From the NCBI GenBank assembly GCA_950097015.1, contig CATNEN010000039.1:7006001-7070000 (forward strand): DNA of 64,000 bases, given 5' to 3'. This document shows, piece after piece, positions 1 through 13,100 of this stretch (its first letter is position 1; each line of letters starts with the position of its first letter). The position numbers and the translations under genes are program-made. The DNA is from Macrostomum hystrix. Lineage: Eukaryota > Animalia > Platyhelminthes. The notes beneath the pieces are model-generated. The model was not told where the DNA came from, did no database searches, and saw only the letters and a program-made list of their open reading frames with translations.

Positions 1-1031
1 GCCATAGGGGCTAGGGCATAGCCGCATATTCATACATACTACATAGATAGACATAGACATAGGCATATGGAACCAAATATGAAAAGCCCTAAGTAAGAAA
101 GGCTAAGATAGGTAGAAGAAAGCCAAAAGCTAATTGGGCAAAAGCGGCGGAAACTACTAAAGCACACCACACTACCAGGCAGTGCAGGCACTAGTCACAA
201 TCACAACCGCACTACCAGTCTACCACTATACTAAGGTATACACTGATAGAACGACTCTAATATTGTAGAGACTTTTAACCAGTCAGCAGATTCATTGGAG
301 AACTCGAAACAAATTCAGAGTATATTGCACACCTCATCTATCTCAACTTCTGTAACTTTATTCTTTCCGTAAGAGAAACCAACATCATGCGTAGCAGCGG
401 TTTCTGTTTGAAATTTTGATTAGCACAATATGCGTTTGAAATGATTAACAAATACTGCATACTCAGCATTGTTAATCAGTTAATCAATACTAGTCACAGC
501 CAAACTGAAACTGTGCCAAACTATTAATCAATAATAATAATAACCAGTGGGCATTGGCACTATCCAACTCAGCGAAACCACGTGAATTGGTCACTTGGGC
601 CAACTTCGATCTAGACCGATTCTCTGAAATTGTTGCAAAAAAATGCTGAGTTCAATTCGTTTCATTTGACGCGAATTTTGTGCAAAATTCGTAATTAACG
701 GAAGTTAACTGCAGTTAAATCGTCAAAAAAGTAACGGAAAATCATGAATCCGTTAAGAGAAAAAAAAATTAACTGAGATCCGTTAAAGTTAAAAAAACGT
801 TAGCGGCCGGACTTTAACGGACTTTAACGGTTAACGGACATTAACGGACTTGTGCCCAACACTGGGAACAAGTAATGTAATATTCTGAATTAGATCCACC
901 TTCTTAAGTAAGCTTTTTTACTTCGCTCTAACCTGAGCTTACCTAACCTAAGAAGTTATCCCCACATCGGTTGTTACCACCGAGTCACCAAAACAATGAC
1001 CATAAAAATAACTGCCGTCTCTCTGACGTAT

Positions 1032-1539
1032 AAATCTTTCACCGCATTGTTTTCCGCATGGTTTTCTGCATGGTTTTCCGCATGGTTTTTTTTCCTGTAT
1101 TTTTGCATCATGCTGACTTGAATAAAGCACTTATGCGCTGCAATAATCCTTGGTAACATTTTTAGCAAACATATGAAAGAGATTCTAACAACTATATCAT
1201 ACAATATTATATGATACTAGGTCATATCTTACCAGATCATGCCATATCATACCATAACATGCCATATTATACCATATGATGCCATATAATACAAAATCAT
1301 GCCATATCATACCAGATTATGCCATATCATACCATATCATACCAGATTATGTCATATGCTAACATATAGACTATACTTCATCATACAAGATTAATACTAT
1401 ACCAGGTCATATCATACCATCCATTAAATTAAATTACAGTTTCACAGTAATTTTTACACCATACAAATTTTTTTTAATTTTTACACGGAAAAAAACCGTG
1501 CGGAAAACCATGCGGAAAACAATGCGGTGAAAGACCCAC
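1032..1539. mobile_element. Non-autonomous TIR element (MITE), copy 1
   Basis: Terminal inverted repeats TCTTTCACCGCATTGTTTTCCGCATGGTTTTC / GAAAACCATGCGGAAAACAATGCGGTGAAAGA. Internal CATAT/CATAC/GCCAT pentamer repeats. Near-identical inverted copy at 55812-56336. Confidence 0.85.
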
Positions 1540-2337
1540 ATTTTTTTTGTGGTGCAATCTATTTTTGTGGTGGATATGCGTAAACAAACATGACTAACAG
1601 ACTTGAGGATAATGTACAATATGCTACTAATTAGAACTAAAATCGCACTATGCGGCAACGTTTTGCTTGGTGATAATTAAAATACATTGTTTGTCTACTA
1701 GCATGTCTTTCATAGAAGCAGGCCCGTCAATTCAAGTTGGCATATTCAAGTGATTTTTATTAATACGCAGTGTGTGAAGACTGTTCACAGAGCAGTGGCT
1801 TTGATGTTATTTGTAACGTAAAATACGTTAAAAGTATACGCACAAGTAACTAATTTTTGTTTACATTATGAAGTGTAATGATAATGATGAAGTGTAGGTT
1901 GTGAAAACAAGAATTTAATTAGTGCTGTCTGCTGTGCAATGCTATGCATGCACTGCTTTTGGATACTAAACAACTTTTCCGAAGAATCAAAGCCACATAG
2001 CTAATGTGGGGATTGACAATGTGGTCACAAGTTAAAGGGGTTTGCTCATTAAAATTATAAGTCTAAATTAGGCCTACTGAAAGTACCGAAGAGCTTATGG
2101 CCAAGCTGACAATGGCCGAGTTTGCTTGAAAACCAAGAGTTGCTTCTCCCATTGCCAAATCAACTAGATCAGTCTAGCTGACTGCCATATGACCGAATCG
2201 ACCTGCAACTGATATTTTCAGCTGTTTTATGCCCTATTGTTTGAGTTTGCAGAGATTTCATAAGGCTTAAACTCAAACCCAAGCAAGGCCTTAATTTCCC
2301 CTTAGCATAGGCAAAAGTATGCTTAGTTGAAACTAGG

Positions 2338-2618
2338 CATACATGTGCAACACCCGGCCGACCCGGCCGAACCGGCCTGGTAAAACGAGGGCCAAGCAAG
2401 GTAAGTTGCAAAAACCAATAGACCAAGCGCAAAAAAATCAAAGGGGGGACCAAGGGACCAAAAAGGAAGGCGTGAAGAAAAGGAAAAAGGGGAGAGAAAA
2501 AGAGAGCAAATGAGAGCAAACTAAGTCGTAAATAGAGCAATGAAATGAACTAAGTCGCAAATGAGAGCAAAAACTAAGTCGCATGGCCGGCTAAGATTTG
2601 GGAGGTTGCGCATGTATG
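2338..2618. mobile_element. hAT-like MITE (281 bp)
   Basis: TIRs CATACATGTGCAAC / GTTGCGCATGTATG. Perfect 8-bp target site duplication AAACTAGG at 2330-2337 and 2619-2626. Confidence 0.85.
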
Positions 2619-3896
2619 AAACTAGGCCTAGGGCGAGCTAATACGAATCATGTGACTAGCCTAGGCCTAGAATTGTAAAGAAGTATGTTTCACTAATTTA
2701 CTAAGCAGGTCCTATAGGCCTAGTCTAGATCATGTAGTTATATGCTAAAAATTTAGGTGGGCCTATGCATTGGTGTTGCTTGCTCAATTTGTTATGCACT
2801 TGCCTCATATTTAATTTTTGCTTACATTTAGTGCTCATAGTCATGGGAGTCATTGCTAGTATATAAAATTTGTAGGCATAATCACTAATAGTAACAAGAA
2901 GAAAAGGTTGTTGACATGAGAAAATAGACTTTGTTTCACTGCCCATTTATCAAATTGTTTTAACATATTTTAACATTCAAATGTGCTAACTAAACATTTT
3001 TAGCATACACTCAGAAGTAGGCCTAGCCTCATAATTTTTTCTGGCATGCACCCAACATGATCTGGACAGGTCCCTGAGTCCCTGATCAAACAGGTCCCTG
3101 TTGTGACAATAGCAGCCCTAGAAACATAGCTAGTCTAATTGCAAGAGGTAGGCCTAGTCATATGGCAAAAAAATGTTGATACACAGCTCTTGTCAAATTT
3201 TGTCTTGTTGGTAGGGCCTATAGATAAATAATATATAAAAGGTTAAGCTAGGGACCTACTATAATATAAATGTCTGATTCAGCAAAATAAATAGCTGTAT
3301 AGTAGGATCCAAGATCTGATGTAAATAAATATTATATTACTATAGTAATCTACAGCTAGCTATTGGATTGTATGAATTGAATTGACCAAATTATAAATTA
3401 TAAAAATTTTGGGCTTAACAAAAAATTCAGCCCCTAATAAGCCTTTATAATCAGACTAGAGAATAAATTTTGAAATGTTTAAATCTTTGACCTTTGAAAA
3501 AAGTATTTGACTAAATATTTTTACTTGCACATATAGTCACAAAATTCTCATTTTTAGAGTCATAGCTTATTATAAAAGTATCAATTCTAGTTACACAGAC
3601 ACACTTGTCACACTTTTGTTTTATTATTTTAATTCAGGGCAGCATCATTTTAATAAATTCTTGAAAAATTCTTGCTACAAGAATTTATAGTCTTGTTAAA
3701 ATATTCTATTTGTATTTTCTTTTATTAACATGCACCAGTGACATTTCTAGGCAATATTTATGATATACCCACTCTAATCCCTACTCTAAATAGCCAACTT
3801 TGAATAGAAAGTTTAATTTGAGCAAGCATAGAATTTCAATGCTGGGGAATAGTTCAATATCAAAGAGTGCGTGGGATTTTATCCCAATAGAATTAG

Positions 3897-5783
3897 CCTG
3901 CAGTTGCAACCCTGCCCCTGCAGCAGTCCTCCAACACTCGGCACTTTGGCATCAGCTGCGACGGCTGCGGCCAGCGGGCCTTCTCTGGCCGGCGCTATAA
4001 GTGCCTCCGCTGTCACGACTTCGACCTGTGCGGCCCCTGCTTCGACACTGCCAACTTCGGTGCCGCGGAGAGCCGCAGAGCCGCCCGAGGCGGTGGTGGC
4101 GAGCACGAGGCCTCACATCCCATGCAGTGCGTGCTCAGCCCCCAGCTGCTGCGGCTGTATCACTGCGATGACTTCTCAGAGTCGGGCAGCAGCAGCGTCG
4201 GCGGCGTTGGTGGCCTCGGCGCCGTCTCCTTCACCTGCCCGCTGTGCGGCCGGCTCGGATTGTCTGAGTCTGGCCTGACCGACCATGTTGTATCCGAGCA
4301 TGCCGAAGATTCTGTAAGCTGCTTTTCTTTGTGACTGGATGGTACTGTGTAAAACACTGCTGTTCGCAGTAGGCGATTCTGCTTACCCCTGACTTTCTCT
4401 TGGTCAAACGGTGTTCACTATTGCATAATCGCATATTATTAGAGTTGTAGCCTAGTCGTTAGAGCGTCGGACTCTTTGAAGGTCGGGCTTTCGATTCCTG
4501 ACTCGAGTGGAATTATTTGTGCTTGTGTCTTTTTAGCAAGACACTTAACTCTGGATTGCTTCAGTTCTGCCCAGCTGTTTAATCAGTACCAGCATCAGCT
4601 GAGGTAATTAAAGGTGGGTGTGGCGTCCCCCCAGTCCATGGACCGAACAGTCTTACGCGCAACAGCTGTCGACTGCACATCTGGCCCAAGTGGGGCAGGT
4701 GTAATAAACTATTATTTAATAAAATTAAATTTGACAGAAACCTTCTAGCCTACTATCCATGTTTGCACTACAAATTTAGTTGCTTTTGTTGCGAACGCCT
4801 TCAGCCCGCTGCAACTAAAAATTCTTTATTTACTTGTGCAATCTACACTACTTAGTAAGTAGGCAAATATGGTCGCATTAAAACATTTTGAAAAATAATA
4901 CAAAATTAAAGTAAAGTGTTGTCTATTTGACACAAGCAAATCGAAATCGAAATACCGCAGCAAAAAACCTGTGATTTTACTGGTCTAATTCGCTTCATTG
5001 TCTTGCCCCGCTCCTTCTGCTGCAGGCCGGCCCGGATGTGGTCTGTCCCGTGTGCGCCTCTGTGCCCAGCAGCGGGCCCTGCCCACGCATTCGCAGCTTT
5101 GTCCGCCATCTGCTGCACGATCACGCTGCCGAAGCGGCCAATTCGGCGGCCAATCGGCGTCGCCACCCGGCCGGCGATCCCATCGCCGAACTGCTGGCCC
5201 AGCTTGGCGGCCGGGCACCGCCCAGTCTGGAACTGCAGCTGCGGAGGAACCGCCTCCTGGAGCGACATCCGGTTGTCAGCTCAGTGGGCGCCGGCGCGTC
5301 TGCTGCTGGCGCTGCGTTGTCGGTTGCGTCAGCCGCATTTGGCATCCCTGCTCCGTCGGTGCCACCTGCTGAGCAGTCGCAGCCATCTTCAAGTCACAAG
5401 AAGTCGCAAGAACAGCAACAGCAGCAGCAGACTCAACGTTATCCGCTGCTTCGGGCTTTGGCCGCAGCTGATGCGGCCGCTGCAGCTAGTTCTGAAGCTC
5501 TTGACGCGCAGGTAATTTTAGTTAGTTTTCTTTCGATGTTGATCTAATCAGATCCTGAGATCCCATCATATCCCATCAGATCCTCAGATCCTCAGGTCTC
5601 TGACTTTCAAGCAGTCTGTTCCCATTAGATGCCTATTAGAATCCCAACGCAAATCCCTGGACGCAGGTGTCGGGTCGCCTGGCTGCGGAGCTCACTGCCG
5701 GCCTCTTCCTGCTTGCGGAGGCCGACCGCCGTCCTGACGAAGAGCGCGGAGACCGTGACTTTGACAAAGGCGCCGCGGCGTGA
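3897..5783 (+). CDS. KCMF1: E3 ubiquitin ligase KCMF1 homologue. Exons ~3897/3904-4313, 5026-5511, ~5640-5783; start exon uncertain
   Basis: Frame from 3939 reads RHFGISCDGCGQRAFSGRRYKCLRCHDFDLCGPCFD (ZZ zinc finger), then HPMQCVL, SFTCPLCGRLGLSESGLTDHVVSEHA, and after the intron VVCPVCA...FVRHLLHDH and DPIAELLAQL. This is the KCMF1 motif order. GT at 4314, AG at 5024-5025, GT at 5512, all phase 0. The last exon is less certain. Confidence 0.9.
4441..4717 (+). mobile_element. tRNA-derived SINE with CORE-like domain, in KCMF1 intron
   Basis: A box TAGCCTAGTCGTTAGAGCG, B-box-like TTCGATTCC, GCAAGACACTTAACTC...TTGCTTCAGTT core, AT-rich tail. Homologous to 50663-50880 and 61576-61885. Confidence 0.85.
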
Positions 5784-5981
5784 CTTGTTTGAAGCTCATT
5801 TTTGTCGTTGTGTTTTGTTTGTTTTATGTAGGAATATTTGCTGCATACTGTTTGTTTGTCCAGATTAATATTCTCGAATCGTTTCCAAGAAATCAAAATG
5901 AGACCTGCTCTTCCTTTTGCCGGCCTGTTTGCTGCGTGGTATAGAGCTAACTAATGAATTGTTCTCATTAACCAAAAACTA

Positions 5982-6309
5982 TGTCCTCAATGACCTAATC
6001 CCTGTCCACAATGACCTAATCCCTGTCCTCAATGAACTAATCCCTGTCCTCAATGACCTAATCCCTGTCCTCAATGACCTAATCCCTGTCCTCAATGACC
6101 TAATCCCTGTCCACAATGACCTAATCCCTGTCCTCAATGACTTAATCCTTGTCCTCAATGACCTAATCCCTGTCCACAATGATCTAATCCCTGTCCTCAA
6201 TGACCTAATCCCTGTCCTCAATGACCTAATCCCTGTCCTCAATTACCTAGTCCCTGTCCTCAATGACCTAATCCCTGTCCTCAATGACCTAATCCCTGTC
6301 CTCAATGAC
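5982..6309. repeat. Minisatellite, 21-bp unit TGTCCTCAATGACCTAATCCC, about 15 copies
   Basis: Head-to-tail units with few substitutions, directly visible. Confidence 0.97.
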
Positions 6310-6879
6310 TGCAACCAAATTCTGACAATACTGACTCTACCTGTATTCACCAAACGTCAGTGTCAATGCAGTTTATTTCCTCCATGTATGACTGAGTCCT
6401 GTTCATCGCCTCGTTTGAATTCTCACACCTGTACAAAATAAGATGTAGCTCATAATTTTACACAGGCTTTACTGACAAGCTATCAGTAAATGATATCAGT
6501 AAATGCTATCATTTTAAACTGCTCAATTATAGATTCTGTAGGCTCGTTAACTTCGGCCTCTAATTCCAAGGCTTTAAAGGACAATAAGTGCTTTATGATT
6601 CGTATTTTGAGACGCGTTCTCAGCTAGTTTTTAATGAGTCTGTGATCGCTTGCATCACGATGTGTTTTTGATCTTACTGTGAGTCAGTAACTCTGTTTTC
6701 TTGGGTCGAATCAGCCCCATGATAGTTTGGTGTCTGTTGTTCTATCTGCGCTTTCATTTTGTGTCTGCTGTCCGCTTGTGCTTCTAGTTTCGTTAATTAT
6801 CCATGTATTAGTATACACTGCAATGCTCAGCGTGTACCGTCCTACATTATGTACCCCACCTTCACTCTCGCTGTCACCC

Positions 6880-7330
6880 TCCCATCACTCCTCCATTGTC
6901 ACTCTCCCTTCACTTAACACTTGTCACTAACCCCTCACTCCACCATTGTCACTCTCCCCTCACTCCACCATTGTCACTCTCCCATCACTCCACCATTGTC
7001 ACTCTCCCATCACTCCTCCATTGTCACTCTCCCATCACTCCTCCATTGTCACTCTCCCATCACTCCACCATTGTCACTCTCCCCTCACTCCTCCATTGTC
7101 ACTCTCCCCTCACTCCTCCGTTTTCACTCTCCCCTCACTCCTCCATTGTCACTCTCCCCTCACTCCTCCGTTTTCACTCTCCCCTCACTCCTCCATTGTC
7201 ACTCTCCCCTCACTCCTCCATTGTCACTCTCCCCTCACTCCTCCGTTATCACTCTCCCCTGACTCCACCTTTGTCACTCTCCCCTCACTCCACCTTTGTC
7301 ACTCTCCCCGACTCCACCATTGTCACTATC
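6880..7330. repeat. Minisatellite, 25-bp pyrimidine-rich unit CACTCCTCCATTGTCACTCTCCCCT, about 17 copies
   Basis: Direct tandem repetition. It produces the repetitive ORFs seen in all three + frames. Confidence 0.95.
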
Positions 7331-8381
7331 CCATCGTTTGAGGCAACACAGCGCGGTAGTTTAGTTATTAACCAGTTATTAACCAAATCTCTCACTCGTG
7401 TCGCATACTGTGAGTGTTTTTATAATTGATTCCTATTCAGATCAACCTTGCTGTGCCTCATCACTAGCCTTATAAAGATGAGACTCTCTCATTGAGTTCG
7501 CACTCACACCGATGCCTCAATTAAAAATAAATAAAGAACTTAATTTCATCGATTAGATTGCTGTTGCGTAGATAAGTTTCGAATTTGTTTGTCTTTCTCC
7601 TCTCTGAAACTGCCACCGCCCCCACCCCATAATTCACCGTGAACTGCCGTGAACCGATCTTTAGAGAATTTCTGTTAAAAGCCAAAACATATATTTTCAT
7701 TACTAATGTTGTCACCCTCAGATTTAACATAACACATTTTTGTCTGTTTCCATTTATTGTTTTGATCTTGTTTACAGAATTAAATAAAGCACAGGTGTCA
7801 ACGTAATATATCCATGTTCTAGGTATTTTTGTTTATTTGAGCCCGCTCCTAGCATGGAAATGTGTCTGTGTTTGGTGTGTGATTTAAGCTAAATTATAGC
7901 CCAATAAATTTGTTACAATCTACTTTATACTCAAAGCAGCTCATTTTGGAAGCCATACTCGCTGCGGCTCCAGTATGTATTGAAATTCGTGCTTCTGTTC
8001 ATTGAACACAAGTCTGACTAATTCTCTATAGAATTCCAATAGCTCTGAGCCTGATTGGCGGCAAAGGTTTATTTCACATTGCATTTCGCAAAAAATAATT
8101 CAAAATCGGCTTTTACAACAGTCTTTTCAGCAGTGTCAACAGTATACAGAACACGGTTAAACTGCAATATTTGTGAACAGGGAGGCGATACACGAGTAAC
8201 GAATGCAAGACGGTGGTTGCGTAGCATTGCGGTTTGCTCTGCTACTTTTTGCGGCCAGTTTGTCGTTAAATAAACGGTTTTTCTGTTCCTCCTAGCTGCA
8301 AAGTTTATGGACTCATCTAAACCGCACCGAAAGAACAGTGAAAAATTAAAAGATAAATAATTGAATATACAGGAGAAAATG

Positions 8382-9233
8382 TCAAGAAATACGACACTTT
8401 TTGCCTCCGCCAGAGGAATCACTTTTGTCCTTCACCGGCGGTGTGCCATCAGCGGCCGGCTCCTCGGTGAATGTGCGAACGGCCATGCTGAACACCGCCT
8501 CTAGGCTGTCCTGAAATTCGGAGTGGAACCCAACAGTTTGTTTTTGCAGTAGTCAGGTAGAAGCTTAAAGGTGCCCTCTGCTCACCTTATGCAGGCTTGA
8601 GCACTCCATGTACTGGTAGGCCCGGATCTTCTTGGCCAGTTTGGCGCCCATTTTGCTGCTAATCTCCATGGCGCTGCTCCGTCTAGAATTTCTGCTCCCA
8701 GCTTCGTCTAGTGAGTCTAAAACTGACAGCCGGCTGCTGTTGTCCTGCGGCAGCTTGCGCAGGTCGGTCTTGGTGCCGACTAAGATAAGCGCCGCGTCTG
8801 GGCATGTGCGGGCTATGAACGGCAGCCAGCGGGACTCCACATTGAAGTAAGACTCACAGTCCACCACGGAGAAGCACAACAGGACGCAGTCGGCTCCAGC
8901 ACAGTCGTAGGCTCGTAGCTCATCTGCTTCGGAGGCTCCTCTAGTGTCCTTGATAGTCAGGGTGATGCAGGCCCGGTAGTCGGCGCTCGGGATGATGAAT
9001 GGCCTCGTTGGCACGTAGGTGTTTGGAATAAAGCCGCGGTTGGGTTGCCAGTCTTCAACGCAGTACGCCATCAGCATCGAAGTCTTCCCGACGCTCGAGT
9101 CTCCAACTGTACAGCATTTGAAATTGAGAAACGACGACGAGGTTCGGCTGCTTCTGGCGCGTTCCGAGACAACCTCCATAGTGACGCAGTTTCCGCCGCT
9201 GGATTTGCCGCCTTCGCCGTTAAAGCGAAGCAT
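8382..9233 (-). CDS. Atypical Rho-family small GTPase (exons 9233-8586, 8510-8382; 258 aa)
   Basis: G1 GDSSVGKTS, switch I YVPT, G3 DTRG, G4 GTKTDLR, Rho insert, G5 ECSS. Splice AAG|GTGAG ... TTTCAG|GAC gives a C-terminus DSLEAVFSMAVR...GGKKCRIS* (CAAX box). Confidence 0.92.
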
Positions 9234-10111
9234 ATATTATATCTGAGATTAGTCTGAGAGCAGCTGGCTCTGAAGCCTGTCCTGGGCGGCTTATTTTCAG
9301 TTTTAAAGCAGTGCCTTGCGGTGCCTAAGTAGACGAATTGGTCAGTTATCAAATGGATAAAGTTATAGTGAGGCACTGGAATACAGGAGGGTTGAAGATG
9401 GTCAAGACACCTGCAAGCATATTGTCGTTTGGTCAGGATGCCTTTCGAATTTAATTGCCAGTACATTCTTCTCTAGCAGGCGCTTTGTGCATTTCTTTAC
9501 ATTTTCTCGGTGCGTCTTTTCCGTCTCTGTGTTAGTAGACTTAGACAACTATTCGCGGCACCGAGTCAGAGGTCTGAGCTGCCATACACCCCACGGCCTC
9601 TGTGCATCTCAGTTTTACTGAGTTCTACTTTCGGCACGGGTTTCTCTACTGAGTCTCCACGGGCAACAATGGCCAAGGAGAGCCAGGGAGTTGCTTTATT
9701 CCTGTGTGCCCTGCTAGGCTATTGTTAGCTTCTATCACATTCCATCTTAGTACGAAGCCCCAGCAATGTGGAACACGCCGAGCTCTTGGTCGGAAAACTG
9801 ATCCCACAGAACGGTGGCCATTTTTGTTGCTAAGTACAACACTCCTATCGCCATTAATTATTGCTAATGGCTAAGCAATATTCTAGGAGAGGCAATGGCG
9901 GAGGTGTGCGAGGCAAGGGTTGCCACAAGCCCAGCGAAATCTGCTCACGCTTCATGGGCAGTTAGATAAAAGTGCAGAAATTCAAGATTGTAAGATAAAA
10001 ATTTAACTGGCATTCGACACTTTTATCGGCCGAAAAAGCCTTGATTTTTATCTACTAAAAAGCGCTTTCCCGCGGTTTCAGGTAGTTTCAAGTGCTAAGC
10101 AATATTAAGCA

Positions 10112-13100
10112 ATGGGTGCTTGGTCGCTGCTAGACAACCACAACTTTCGGACCTATGTCGCATGGACGTCGCTGTCGTCTATTGGCGTCTTCTGGTTGTT
10201 TTCGATTCTGTTCTGCATAGCGGACCTGTACCCAACTCCCTGGTTTCTTATGCAGTTCAAGGTTCAACCAGGAAAGAATGTTCCAGTGAGTTTGCTGTGC
10301 AGTTGTCACAGTCGGATCGTTTTTTTAAGTGCCTCTTGAAAATATGATTCTATGCAAGCAGAGTATTCGCGCACTCTTTACTGTTTTAGTTGTTGACTGT
10401 CGTTCTTTTTAGGGGCCTCTTGTGCTCCAGTTCAAACCAGCTCTAGGCAGTTTCGAATTTCTCTCTCTTTCTCTCTTTGAATACTGAGTTTAGAGAAGAA
10501 AAGGGTTTGCTTCAATGTCACAGAAGAGATGTTTAGACTCAGAAGTGTGAGCCGTTTTCTAACAGAGATGAATGAATTCCGAAAATCTTGCTTGGTTTTT
10601 TGTTCTTCAGCAAGAGATGCTTTCAAACAGAGAAGGTTAAACTTTCCAAACTACGTCGTACCATGGTGCGTCCAAAAAGTTCTTACTAATATCTGTGCAT
10701 GTGTTCGACCGATTTTGATGAAAAAAAAACACAATCATAAATTAATATGTAATAAATTCAGCGCTAAAGTTTTAAATTAGTCGGGTGGACAGAAATAAAG
10801 TTATCGATCATTTACTAAAGAACCAACGAAATTGGCAATACGATTTTAGCGCAAAACAAAACGTTAAGTTAACGAGCAAACAGTTCAGCTGGTAAGTTCT
10901 GGAACTTCAAAATTTCAGGTTACCAATCGTGAAATCTTCAAAAAAGTCTCCATTCCGTCGAATGCACTTATCATACCGCGTTGGCAGCTCCTCGATCCAC
11001 ACCGACCACATGCCCCTAGGAATCGCTCTAATCAGCCCCTCAGCAGCCACTTTCAGCTCTGGGAAGCTGGCGAACCGCTGGCCTCGCAGCTGCGCCTTGA
11101 CGTGCCCAAAAAGACCATAGTCAGATGGTGCCAAATCAGGTGAGTAAGGTGGATGCGACCACTGCTGGAATCCGAGGCTGGCGATGTGAGAGCGAGTGAG
11201 GGCTGCCGAGTGCGGCCGGGCATTGTCGCAGTGTAGCAGGACGCCTTTGCGCACGATTCGCTGCCATTGCAACAGCTCCTGCCTCAGCCTCGCAAGCTCT
11301 TCACAAAACTTCTCGCTGTTTTGTGTCTGGCCCTGGCCGTACCATGTGAACATGAGGGGCCCGCTCGCATCCCAAAAAACACTTAACATGGTCTTCTTGG
11401 GATAGGTGCCTGCACTTTAGATGTCACCGCCGCCGCCGCCCCTTGGAAGCCGGGCCCTGGACTCCTGCCGGGACAGTGGGTCGTAAAGGGCGAACATGGA
11501 CTCATCTTGCGTGATGAATCTGCGCTGGAATTCGTCTCCCAGAGCTGAAATTGCCGCTCTTTGTTGTAAGCAGACTTCGTAACGGCGATTTTTCTGCTCC
11601 TGAGTCAGCAGTTGTTCGGGAGGCAGGTGGTATGATTGGTCGCTGACTCGCTGTATGCTTATTTAAATCTACCTTATTTACAATTACTGTACGCCCGCTT
11701 CCACTCTGCGCACTCACCTTGTTTCTCTAACCCTCGTTCGCATTGTGCAGTGGCATCGTCCACCCACCCCCTCCGTTTTAGCCTATTTGCACTGAATTAT
11801 ATAATAAACGTGTGGAGGCTCCCCCCTCCGGTTCAACTGGTTGGTTAGCGCGATTTGCCTACCGTTTTGAGCACAGCATAATTGGCTACTAGCTATCGGC
11901 CTTTTTTGGATTGCTCTAGTACATTATTTTGGTAGCAGAGCGTGGTTGGGCAAGGCCTAAGTTTCCACGCTGAATAAACAATAACTACTGTGCAACCAGA
12001 GGCCACGATGGAACACGACAACGCCATTCCACCGCAGCAGGACGAACAAGAAGATGATCGCGCGCTGCATTTGGAGAAGCTGCGCTTTGAGAAGTCCAGA
12101 AGAAAGGCAACGCTAACTCGGTGTAAGAGCAAGCTATCATGGCTGCTACAGAAACGCGCTTCTGACGACGAAGTGCAAGAAGCCTGTGACAACCTGTCGG
12201 ATCTGCAGGAGCAAGTCAGCACCATTCAGGAACAGCTTTACGAAGGCTACGTGAGCACAAAGGACGACGAGAGGCGACAGCGTCTGCTCGACGAGATGGA
12301 GGAGATGGAGCGCGACTACCAGGCTGCGATTCAACGCGTCGAATCTGCCAGGGGCCGTCAAGCGCAACGCGAACAAGAAGCGCCTCCTGCTGCGAGGGCA
12401 AATGCCGAAGACGCTGCTGCAAACCAAGACGAAGCAGTTGGTGAGTTAGACAGACTTTCTGTTAGCGCTGCGTCCAGCAAGGCGTCGCACCCCAAGGAGA
12501 TCTCCAAGGACCTGTGGAAGATGTTAAAGCGTGTTGAAATCCCAACGTTCAGTGGGGACAAGCAGAGTTACGAGAACTGGAAGGCAGCTTTTGTGGCGTG
12601 CATTGATAGCGCCCCCGCTACGCCCGAGTTTAAACTGCTGCAACTCAGGCAGTACCTACAAGGTGAGGCATTGAAGGTCATCGAGCACTTGGGGCACTCA
12701 GCGACGGCATATGAGGCGGCCAAGGAAAGACTTGATAGAGAGTTCGGTGGAAAACGCCGGCAACTCGCCTTGCACTTGGAGGAGTTGGATAACTTTCCTG
12801 CTGTGCGCTACGGAAACACTAAAGATCTGAAAAGTTTTGCAAATTTGCTGGATATAGCCGTGATTAATTTAGAAGAGGCTGGAAAGGACACTGAGCTGCA
12901 AGATGGAATGCTGTATGTCAGACTGCAGAAGAAACTGCCCGAGCAAATGGTTTCCCACTATCGGAGGTGGATCTTTGAGCAACGGAAGCAGGAAAGTGTC
13001 AGGAATCTTCGGATGTGGGTGCTGCAAGAAGCGGAATTTCAGACCGAAGCGTTGGAAATCGTGCAGGGCGTTGCCACGCCTCACCTAGAGAGCCAGAAGT

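Noticed and set aside
545-865. Possible TIR element with TTAACGG repeats ending GTGCCCAACACTG
   Set aside because: Looks like one transposon end, but the left counterpart is poor and no TSD was found.
5917-7429. Repetitive ORFs (LNDLIPV)n and (HHSSIVTLPSL)n
   Set aside because: These are translations of stop-free minisatellites in several frames, with no ATG context or domain evidence.
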